Positions 28,396 to 35,918 of a stretch of DNA of 35,918 nucleotides are shown in pieces; position 1 is the stretch's first letter, and each line of letters begins with the position of its first letter. A program made the translations under genes and the position numbers. The notes under the pieces were generated by a model. The model was given only the letters and a program-made list of their open reading frames with translations. It was not told where the DNA came from and ran no database searches. The DNA comes from Fusobacteriota bacterium (GTDB taxonomy: Bacteria > Fusobacteriota > Fusobacteriia > Fusobacteriales > JBNJFI01): NCBI GenBank assembly GCA_051746725.1, contig JBNJFI010000010.1, positions 1 to 35,918 on the forward strand, read 5' to 3'.

Positions 28396-29228
28396 TGGAA
28401 TATAGTTTACCTTTAGCAGAATGGATTGAAGTTTTACTAGATTTTTTAACTACTCATTTATCTGGTATGACTAGAGCCTTTTCTGCTATAGTAGAAGTAT
28501 TAATTGATGCATTTGAATCTTTACTTCTATATTTACCTGCTCCTATAATGATTATATTACTAGTGGCTTTGATATGGAAGATATCCGATAGGAAAACTGG
28601 AATATTTTCTCTAATAGGACTGGGATTAATATGGAATTTAGGATATTGGGAACCAACTATGTCTACTATATCTTTGGTTTTAATATCAACTTTAATAGCC
28701 ATACTCCTTGGAGTTCCCCTTGGAATTATAGGTGCATTAAATGATAAATTTCATCAAATAATTACACCTATATTAGATTTTATGCAGACAATGCCTGCAT
28801 TTGTATACTTAATTCCTGCAATACCTTTTTTCGGGTTGGGAACAGTTGCTGCATCATTTGCAACTGTGATATTTTCTATACCCCCTGCAATAAGATTAAC
28901 AACTCTGGGAATTAGACAAGTACCAAAAGAATTGATAGAGGCAGCTGATGCATTCGGTACCACACCAAAGCAAAAATTATTAAAAGTACAAATACCAATT
29001 GCTATCCCAACAATTATGGCTGGGGTTAATCAAACTATAATGTTATCTCTATCTATGGTTGTAATAGCGGCTATGATAGGAGCAAAAGGATTAGGTGGTG
29101 TTGTTTGGAAGGCTATTCAGAGATTAAAACCTGGTATGGGATTTGAAGCTGGAATAGCAATCGTTATAATAGCAATGATTTTGGATAAGATTACAAAACA
29201 TCTTACAAAATCTAAAAGAGAAAAATAA
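28395..29228 (+). CDS. opuAB: Glycine betaine/proline ABC transporter permease (OpuAB/ProW)
   Basis: PILDFMQTMPAFVYLIP, RLTTLGIRQV and AGVNQTIMLSLSMVVIAAMIG. Confidence 0.95.
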   Translation: MEYSLPLAEWIEVLLDFLTTHLSGMTRAFSAIVEVLIDAFESLLLYLPAPIMIILLVALIWKISDRKTGIFSLIGLGLIWNLGYWEPTMSTISLVLISTLIAILLGVPLGIIGALNDKFHQIITPILDFMQTMPAFVYLIPAIPFFGLGTVAASFATVIFSIPPAIRLTTLGIRQVPKELIEAADAFGTTPKQKLLKVQIPIAIPTIMAGVNQTIMLSLSMVVIAAMIGAKGLGGVVWKAIQRLKPGMGFEAGIAIVIIAMILDKITKHLTKSKREK

Positions 29229-29261
29229 AAAAGAAATTCAAAAAAAAATAGGAGGCTAAAA

Positions 29262-30134
29262 ATGAAAAAATTACTAAGTACTATTTTATTAGGAATATTT
29301 ATATCAACTATGGCATTTGGTGGTATATTCGATTTTTTAAAAAGAGAAGAAAAAAAGGAAATTGAAATAATTTATGTTGAATGGGCATCTGAGGTAGCAA
29401 GTACAAATGTTGTTAAAGCTGTGTTAGAAGAAAGTCTAGATTATGATGTTGAAATCACGCCGGTTAGTGCTGCTGCTATGTGGCAAGCAATGGGAGCAGG
29501 AGATGTAGATGCTATGGTTGCTGCTTGGTTACCTACAACTCATGAAGCTTATTATAACAAAGTAAAAGATGACGTTGAGGATTTAGGACCAAACTTAACA
29601 GGAACTAAATTAGGTTTAGTTGTACCAAGTTATGTAGAAGTCGATTCTATAAAAGAGTTAAATGAAAATGCAGATAAATTTGATGGTGAAATAATAGGAA
29701 TTGATGCTGGATCAGGAATAATGGGAATGGCTGAACAAGCTTTTGACGATTATGACCTAAGTAATTTTGAACTTGTAGATGGAAGTGGCGCAACAATGGC
29801 TGCAGCTTTATCAGATGCAATCAAAAATGAAGAACCAATTGTAGTTACTAGCTGGACTCCTCATTGGATGTTTGGTAAATGGGATCTTAAATATTTAGAA
29901 GATCCTGAAAAAACTTTTGGAGAAGCTGAAAACATTAATACTATTGTCAGAAAAGATTTAAAAGAAGATATGCCTGATGCTTATACTTTCTTGGATAATT
30001 TTAAATGGACTCCAAAGGATATGGCTGAAGTAATGGTAGCTATAAAAAATGGAGAAGAACCTTATGAAAGTGCAAAAAATTGGGTTAAAGATAATGAAGA
30101 TAAAGTGAGAGAATGGTTAGAAGGAATTAAATAA
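29262..30134 (+). CDS. opuAC: Glycine betaine-binding protein (OpuAC/ProX)
   Basis: YVEWASE, AAWLPTTH, GLVVPSY, IIGIDAGSG and WTPHWMF (Trp box). Signal peptide has no lipobox Cys. Confidence 0.93.
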   Translation: MKKLLSTILLGIFISTMAFGGIFDFLKREEKKEIEIIYVEWASEVASTNVVKAVLEESLDYDVEITPVSAAAMWQAMGAGDVDAMVAAWLPTTHEAYYNKVKDDVEDLGPNLTGTKLGLVVPSYVEVDSIKELNENADKFDGEIIGIDAGSGIMGMAEQAFDDYDLSNFELVDGSGATMAAALSDAIKNEEPIVVTSWTPHWMFGKWDLKYLEDPEKTFGEAENINTIVRKDLKEDMPDAYTFLDNFKWTPKDMAEVMVAIKNGEEPYESAKNWVKDNEDKVREWLEGIK

Positions 30135-30140
30135 TTTTAA

Positions 30141-30166
30141 CAAAAAGGGGGGGGACCCCTTTTTTG
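30141..30166 (+). terminator. Intrinsic terminator after opuAC
   Basis: CAAAAAGGGG-gggga-CCCCTTTTTTG. Confidence 0.7.
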
Positions 30167-30182
30167 TATTTAGGAGGTTACA

Positions 30183-31001
30183 ATGTTTGAAATCTTACAA
30201 TATGGTTTTTTTCAACATGCTTTAATTGCAGCTTTATTAGCAACTATAGCATGTGGCATAATAGGAACTTATATTACACACAGAAATATGATATTTATTA
30301 GTGGTGGAATAACTCATGCTTCTTTTGGAGGAATTGGGATAGGATACTTTTTTGGAATAAATCCTATTATATCGGCAGCAGTATTTTCAATCCTTTCTTC
30401 TATTGGTATTGAATATATCTCAGAAAAAATTAAAGTGACTAGAGATTCTATGATTGGAATATTTTGGTCTTTTGGTATGGCCATTGGGATTATTTTTATT
30501 GCCTTATCAAAAGGATATACTCCGAATTTAATGACTTTCTTATTTGGAAATATATTAACTGTTTCTAAATTTGATATATATCTTATGGTAGGAGTAAACT
30601 CTCTAATTATACTAACTTTTTTGCTTTTATATAAAGAAATCTTATTTTTATCATTTGACGAGACTTTTATAAAAACTAGAAGAATCCCTACAAAGTTTTT
30701 AAATTATTTTTTAATATCTCTTGTAGCTCTTACAATTGTTATAAATATAAAAATTGTTGGGATTATATTAGTAATATCTTTTTTGACTATTCCACAAGCT
30801 ATAGCATCACTGTTTGTAAAAAAATATTCTAATATAATATTTTTTTCCATAACAGTAGGTTTCTTAGGAGCTTTAATTGGGCTTTTTTCTTCTTATTATT
30901 TAAATTTACCTTCTGGAGCCTCTATTATCGTCTCTTTTATATTAATATTTATTATTTCAAAAATTTTTTGTATTATAAACACAAAAATAAATCACAAATA
31001 A
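30183..31001 (+). CDS. znuB: Zn/Mn-type metal ABC transporter permease (ZnuB-like)
   Basis: GGITHASFGGIG, FLFGNIL, FDE.F, VGIILVISFLTIP and PSGASI (ABC-3 family). Confidence 0.88.
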   Translation: MFEILQYGFFQHALIAALLATIACGIIGTYITHRNMIFISGGITHASFGGIGIGYFFGINPIISAAVFSILSSIGIEYISEKIKVTRDSMIGIFWSFGMAIGIIFIALSKGYTPNLMTFLFGNILTVSKFDIYLMVGVNSLIILTFLLLYKEILFLSFDETFIKTRRIPTKFLNYFLISLVALTIVINIKIVGIILVISFLTIPQAIASLFVKKYSNIIFFSITVGFLGALIGLFSSYYLNLPSGASIIVSFILIFIISKIFCIINTKINHK

Positions 31002-31047
31002 AAAAATCCAAGAATAATTTCTTGGATTTTTTTATTTGTGATTTATT
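30986..31047. repeat. Perfect 29-bp inverted repeat (hairpin) overlapping the znuB 3' end
   Basis: AATAAATCACAAATAAAAAAATCCAAGAA-taat-TTCTTGGATTTTTTTATTTGTGATTTATT. Confidence 0.85.
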
Positions 31048-31054
31048 ATGTTTT

Positions 31055-31079
31055 AAAAAGTGTCCGGCGGACACTTTTT
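31055..31079. terminator. Bidirectional terminator after ung
   Basis: AAAAAGTGTCC-ggc-GGACACTTTTT. Confidence 0.75.
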
Positions 31080-31802
31080 TTATTTTCCTAACCAATTTAT
31101 CTTATTTTTTGTTTTTTCAAAACCCTTAAAAAATAAAAAATCTTCTTCTTTTTTGCCAAATGCCATTGCTGGATGATAACTTATATGTATTTTTTTACTG
31201 TCTATGCATTTCAAAAAAGATTTAGCATGGTTTCCCCATAAGAAAAAATCTATATTCTTATTTCTTTTAGATATATATTCTAAAAGATTTTCAGTGAAAT
31301 TCCCCCAATATTTTTTATGACTTCCAGAGGTATTTTTACCATTTTCAATTTTAACGGTTAAGAAACTATTTAATAGTAATACTCCCTGATTGTGCCAACT
31401 TGTAAAGAGTTTATTAGGAGGAACTATATTAAAATTCTCATTTCTAATTTGATCTCTTATTTCATTAAAAGTTAAAATATCACCTCTATACGAATTATAA
31501 ATAACTCTAACCATATTTTGTAATGATCTTTGTTTAAATGGTTTTAACCATGAATTAAGCCCGTCAACTTCAAAACATATCCCTGTGGCAGCTCCTGGTT
31601 GAAAATAAGGGTCTTTACCTAATATAAGCACCTTTATATTATCTATATTATATTCTAAAGCTCTAAAAATATTTTCTTCTTTTGGAGCAAATCTTTCCTT
31701 TTTTATTTTTTTTATATGATATTTTAACTCTTCGTGGTGTTTTTCAAAAAAGGGTTTATAAGTTTCATGAATATTATATTTTTTCATAAAATTACTTATC
31801 AT
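31080..31802 (-). CDS. ung: Uracil-DNA glycosylase family 1 (divergent motifs)
   Basis: KVLILGKDPY, ATGICF, QGVLLLNSFLTV, FFLWGNHAK, SYHP and C-terminal INW. Confidence 0.88.
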   Translation of the reverse strand: MISNFMKKYNIHETYKPFFEKHHEELKYHIKKIKKERFAPKEENIFRALEYNIDNIKVLILGKDPYFQPGAATGICFEVDGLNSWLKPFKQRSLQNMVRVIYNSYRGDILTFNEIRDQIRNENFNIVPPNKLFTSWHNQGVLLLNSFLTVKIENGKNTSGSHKKYWGNFTENLLEYISKRNKNIDFFLWGNHAKSFLKCIDSKKIHISYHPAMAFGKKEEDFLFFKGFEKTKNKINWLGK

Positions 31803-31815
31803 TTAATCTCCTTTT

Positions 31816-32715
31816 TTATGATATCTCTTCTATTTTCTTTTTGAACTCTTCAAAGGCTTTCAGTATTTCTTGATTTTCAGGCATATTTATTTTGATTTCT
31901 ACTTGTGTCTTTTTTGCCTTATATTCTATCTTCTTTTTCTTTTTCTTTCTAGCTTTTCTTAATAACTTGTTTAACTCGTCATTAGATAGATTTTTACAGA
32001 AATCTACTATATCTTGGACCTTCTCCTTGCCATTTTTAGCTTTTATTATCCTATTTATTATTGCAGCTCTTCTTGGTCCTACTTCCTCTAATATATCCTT
32101 TAATTCCTTTGGATAATCCATGGCGTTTTTTATTCTATAAAAATGCTTTTTACTTATATTATATTCTTCCAATATATCACTTATTTTTTTCCCTTTTTTC
32201 TTAGCTTCTTTATTAAATTTATATGATTTTTCTAAAACTGTTAGATCTTTTCTTTGAATATTTTCATCTACAGATAATTCATCAAGTATTTTAACAGGAG
32301 TCCCCTCATCAAAAATTACTACTCTTTCTGGAAAATTTTGTTTTTCTTGTTTTAAAATTTCCCGTACTGCTAAACTTCGTCTTAATCCTGAAACTAAAAT
32401 TAATTTTTTTTCATCAGTTTTTGATTTTAAAAGATATATTATGTTTATTAACCCTATGTTTTTTATGCTTTCTATTAGTTCTTTAAAATCAGGATCTTTT
32501 AATATTTCATTTTTATCATCATAAATTCTATTTATAAATCTCTTATCTGAAAAATCAATTCTGTCTATAATTTTTTTATTCAGATTTTGTACTTCCCCAA
32601 ATTGTTTTATCTGTTTTTTTATTTTCTCTTCTTTTTTGGGACTTTCTTGTTTCGGCTCTGTTTTTTTTTCTTCCTCTCTATGATCAAGTGCAGTGCTTTT
32701 TATATCTAAACTCAT
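31816..32715 (-). CDS. parB: ParB/Spo0J-family partition protein
   Basis: FKELIESIKNIGLINII (box I-like), LVSGLRR (GxRR box II), ENIQRKDLTVLE and an HTH. Directly downstream of parA. Confidence 0.85.
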   Translation of the reverse strand: MSLDIKSTALDHREEEKKTEPKQESPKKEEKIKKQIKQFGEVQNLNKKIIDRIDFSDKRFINRIYDDKNEILKDPDFKELIESIKNIGLINIIYLLKSKTDEKKLILVSGLRRSLAVREILKQEKQNFPERVVIFDEGTPVKILDELSVDENIQRKDLTVLEKSYKFNKEAKKKGKKISDILEEYNISKKHFYRIKNAMDYPKELKDILEEVGPRRAAIINRIIKAKNGKEKVQDIVDFCKNLSNDELNKLLRKARKKKKKKIEYKAKKTQVEIKINMPENQEILKAFEEFKKKIEEIS

Positions 32716-32717
32716 TT

Positions 32718-33500
32718 TTATTCTCCCTTTTCTTCTCTAAATATTATCTCATCAGTTAATTTCATATAATCCTTTGCACCATTAGATGATGGAGCATAGT
32801 TTATAACTGATTCTTTCATTGCTATAGCTTCCCCCACTTTAATATTTTCTCTTATTTTCGTATTCATCATTTTTTCAGAAAAATATTTATTCAAATTATC
32901 CTTTAAAGTTTTATGAAGTTTTGTTATTTTTTTATACCGAGTTATAAATACTCCTCCTATTTCTAAGTCTCTATTTAAATCTTCTGTTACCTCTTCAACT
33001 GTATCAATCATATCAGCTATACCATCAATACTAAAACTTTCTGCAGCTAAAGGTATATAAACCTTATCTACAAGAGTCAAGGCATTATAAGTCACCAGTC
33101 CTAAAGAAGGAGGACAATCTAATAAGACGTAATCATATTCATCTCCTATAAAATTTTTGAAAATTTTTCGAAGGAGATGTTCCCTAGACATTGCACCACC
33201 AAACTCTAAATCAAATTTTGACATTTTTATATTATTGGGAATTAGATCAACAGATCCTTTATTAAAAATATATTCTAATATATCATAATCTTTACGTTGA
33301 GCTTGTAATTTAAATAATTTATAAATTGTATTATTCAACTTTCTTTTATTAATATCATAGCTAGAAGTTAAATTTCCTTGAGGGTCAAGATCAACCACCA
33401 ATACTTTTTTGCCTTTTTTGGCTAATCCTTCTGCTATATTTTTAGTAGAAGTAGTCTTTGCTACTCCTCCTTTTTGATTAATCAATGCAATTTTTTTCAT
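32718..33500 (-). CDS. parA: ParA/Soj-family partition ATPase
   Basis: Deviant Walker A NQKGGVAKTT, VDLDPQGN, LLDCPPSLG and IRENIKVGEA. ATG at 33500 after SD GGGGAG. Confidence 0.93.
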   Translation of the reverse strand: MKKIALINQKGGVAKTTSTKNIAEGLAKKGKKVLVVDLDPQGNLTSSYDINKRKLNNTIYKLFKLQAQRKDYDILEYIFNKGSVDLIPNNIKMSKFDLEFGGAMSREHLLRKIFKNFIGDEYDYVLLDCPPSLGLVTYNALTLVDKVYIPLAAESFSIDGIADMIDTVEEVTEDLNRDLEIGGVFITRYKKITKLHKTLKDNLNKYFSEKMMNTKIRENIKVGEAIAMKESVINYAPSSNGAKDYMKLTDEIIFREEKGE

Positions 33501-33522
33501 ATATCTCCCCTTTTTTAGATTT

Positions 33523-35229
33523 TTATTCATCTAACTCAACTGCTTTTTTAATATAAGACCATTTTACATTTTCTTTATTAAATATTTCTTTAGATTTTAA
33601 ACTTATTTTATTATTACCTAGTTCTTCTTTATATATTTCAAAAGCTTTTTCTTTATAATTTTCTCTCTCCTTTTCAGGAATCTTAAGAAACATTTTTTTG
33701 AAAAATTTTAGTTCAAGTTGTATGTTTTCTTTTTCTATTTTAGAATCTTCTTTTTCAGTCTCCATTTTTATTTTTTCAGAATTTTTATTTTTTATCGGAC
33801 TTTGTTTTTTTACTTGAACTTCTTCTTTATTTATTTTAATTTGTTTTTCAATGCTATTTAGATACCTAGCTAAGCTAGTTCTTATTTCGCTTTTTAATCC
33901 TTCTAACGCTAACTCACAAACTTTTATAGCTACTTTAGGATCCATTTCCATTAATTTCTTTTCAGCAGCCTTGTCATAAGATTTTGAAAAATATATATTT
34001 TTATTTTTGGCCTTCTTTATAGCCTCTTTGACTTCTTCAGATATAAAATGTTCTTGAGCTTGACTGTGTTCTATTTTTTCTTTTTTAGTGAAATTTTGAT
34101 TTATTTTCTTTTGATATTTTTTATTTTTTACTGTATGTGGCAAATAACTTGAAATATGACCAACTTTATCATTGTTAAACCAGTATCTAAAGTTCCAACT
34201 AGAATCTTCTTCTCTTTGAATTATTTTATATTTTTTTATATATTCTAAATCTACTAATACATCAAATGCTTTAGTTATTCTCTTTAATGTGTGAGATAAT
34301 CTAGATGTTACATATTCTTTTACCTCTCCAGATTTTAATTTTTTTCTCTGTATATATTTTGTTTTTAAAGGAGCTATTGCACAAAATGTCTCTAGTCTAT
34401 TTTCCCCTTCATCTTTTTCAAATCTTTCACTTGAGATATATTCATATATTCTAAGAGCTATTGGATCTTCATTGGAGATTTCTTTTATAGTTTCTACTTT
34501 AAATTTTATATATCTTTTATCTTTAATTTTTTCAATAATATTACTATCTAATTCTATTTTATATATTATTCTTTTACCCATCTTTCCTTTTTGATAATTT
34601 AAAAGACTAAAAACTCTATCATCAAAAACAAAATTTCCTGCTTTTTTGTGATTCTTTATATTAAAAATATAATCTGTATATTTCAAATTTCTCAAGGCTT
34701 CTTCTATCCTTGAATAGTATTTTTTATTCATTTTATTCCCTAAAAAATATGTTACAAATCTTTGAGGAGTTAAATAAACATATCTTGGATATTCCTTTCT
34801 TTCTTCATAGACCTCTTGATACATAGATATAATAGCCTCAAACACTTCTTTTTCAAAGGTGCTAGGCTGTTTAATATTTTGACCCTCCATAACTTTACTT
34901 GGTAAAACAGACTCCATTTTTATACCTAGATCTTTAAATTTATATTCTAAATTTATTCTTCTACCTCTTTTTCTATAGGTAAAAAAAGGAAAAACTATAT
35001 ATTCCAATGGAATATTATAAATTTTATCATGGGTACCTAAAAAATTACCAGTATTATCAATTTCGATAATTTCACTTCTTAAAGTTTCAGGTTTAGTTTC
35101 AACAATTTCAACATCTTTATTTTTACTCATATCAACTAATTCGAATTTTTTATCAACCATTTCAAAATATTTTTCTAATTTAGTATTATCTGCAATAAAT
35201 CTGTCGTTTTTTAAACTATCTTTTCCCAT
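33523..35229 (-). CDS. Putative replication initiator protein (Rep, non-DnaA)
   Basis: About 568-aa basic protein between a direct-repeat array and parAB, with no Walker motif. Segments such as YIVFPFF, YSRIEEALRNLKYTDY and IALRIYEYI look like winged-helix Rep proteins. Start is ATG 35229 or GTG 35235. Confidence 0.72.
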   Translation of the reverse strand: MGKDSLKNDRFIADNTKLEKYFEMVDKKFELVDMSKNKDVEIVETKPETLRSEIIEIDNTGNFLGTHDKIYNIPLEYIVFPFFTYRKRGRRINLEYKFKDLGIKMESVLPSKVMEGQNIKQPSTFEKEVFEAIISMYQEVYEERKEYPRYVYLTPQRFVTYFLGNKMNKKYYSRIEEALRNLKYTDYIFNIKNHKKAGNFVFDDRVFSLLNYQKGKMGKRIIYKIELDSNIIEKIKDKRYIKFKVETIKEISNEDPIALRIYEYISSERFEKDEGENRLETFCAIAPLKTKYIQRKKLKSGEVKEYVTSRLSHTLKRITKAFDVLVDLEYIKKYKIIQREEDSSWNFRYWFNNDKVGHISSYLPHTVKNKKYQKKINQNFTKKEKIEHSQAQEHFISEEVKEAIKKAKNKNIYFSKSYDKAAEKKLMEMDPKVAIKVCELALEGLKSEIRTSLARYLNSIEKQIKINKEEVQVKKQSPIKNKNSEKIKMETEKEDSKIEKENIQLELKFFKKMFLKIPEKERENYKEKAFEIYKEELGNNKISLKSKEIFNKENVKWSYIKKAVELDE

Positions 35230-35272
35230 TTTCACCTTCCTTTTTTATAGTAGTACTTTCATGTTTTATTTT

Positions 35273-35301
35273 ATTATAACTTTTTGAACGGTTAAATGCA
35301 A
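35273..35301 (-). promoter_or_regulatory. rep-parA-parB promoter flanked by iteron-like boxes
   Basis: TTGCAT-N17-TATAAT, with core-repeat copies at 35248-35271 and 35310-35334 on either side. Confidence 0.7.
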
Positions 35302-35309
35302 GAAAAAAA

Positions 35310-35918
35310 TAGTTGTACGAATATGTTTTAATTTGAAATAGGTCCTTTAAATACAACAACTATAGTTGATTTTTTAATTTTAAATAGTATTACTAATATG
35401 TTTTAATTTTTTAATCCTTGTTTTTAGACCTTTATAATATTAATTTCTAATATATTGAGATTTTTTGAAATTCATTTATTTTTTAGTAGTACGAATATGT
35501 TTTAATTTTAAGACCCCCCTTTATCTTTGCGCTTTTATATTAGTAATACATTAATATATTAAAATTATTTTTTTTAAATTCATTTATATTTTTAGTAGTA
35601 CGAATATGTTTTAATTTTGAGTATCCCTTTATCTTTGGGCTTTTATGTCAGTAGTACACTAATATATTAAAATTGTTTTTTTAAATTTATTTTTGTTTTT
35701 TAGTAGTACGAGTATGTTTTAATTTCAAATATCCCTTTATCTTTGGGCTTTTATGTTGATAGTACACTAATATATTAAAATTGTTTTGAAATTCGTTTTT
35801 ATTTTTTTAGTAGTACGAGTATGTTTTAATTTCAAATATCCCTTTATCTTCGGGCTTTTATGTTGGTAGTACACTAATATATTAAAATTATTTTTTGAAA
35901 TTTATTTTCATTTTTTAG
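35310..35918. repeat. Iteron-like direct repeat array (~108-bp tandem units), putative replication origin; truncated by the window end
   Basis: Core TAGTAGTACGA(A/G)TATGTTTTAATTT at 35484, 35593, 35701 and 35808, degenerate copies at 35310 and 35385, and the next copy starting at 35916. Spacings are 75, 99, 109, 108, 107 and 108 bp. Confidence 0.9.

Noticed and set aside
595..32116. Remaining short ORF-track entries overlapping called genes (e.g. 5959-6408, 9652-10017, 19808-20113, 25418-25723)
   Set aside because: They are antisense or off-frame shadows of well-supported CDSs, with biased composition and no motifs.
35310..35918. CRISPR array
   Set aside because: The sequences between cores are near-identical to one another rather than unique spacers, the period is ~108 bp, and no cas genes are present.
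35484..35918. Repeat-protein coding region (36-codon period)
   Set aside because: Unit lengths of 109, 108 and 107 bp break the frame, and the ORF track shows no ORF here.
1..35918. IS elements, integrase, prophage, tRNA or rRNA genes
   Set aside because: No transposase, integrase or phage ORFs, and no GC-rich structured RNA-like stretch was recognised.

Overview
A very AT-rich bacterial window with Firmicutes-type promoters and ribosome-binding sites. The gene content suggests an anaerobe, possibly Fusobacteriota, but this is inference only. Left to right it holds: the 5' end of a MerR/BmrR-type regulator behind a 19-bp-spacer promoter; an ABC ATPase; a three-gene DUF2089 cluster; a MATE transporter and an Fe-S aldo/keto reductase; a methyltransferase; a hypothetical protein; a four-gene Wadjet (jetD-jetA-jetB-jetC, type III-like order) whose jetC is broken by one in-frame TAA; a His-motif hypothetical protein; a Gfo/Idh/MocA oxidoreductase; an orphan polyprenyl-phosphate sugar transferase; a full pstSCAB-phoU-phoB-phoR locus with a four-repeat Pho box and a phoR that lacks a canonical start codon; and folA-znuC-like-opuAA/AB/AC-znuB-like. 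The right end is a replicon core: rep-parA-parB-ung preceded by a ~108-bp tandem repeat array with a 25-bp iteron-like core that runs off the window edge. The window probably flanks the origin of a secondary replicon (chromid or megaplasmid). The most notable observations are the origin/rep architecture, the single-nonsense Wadjet, a shared post-signal-peptide GIFDF[FL]K motif on two unrelated non-lipoprotein solute-binding proteins, and the start-less phoR.
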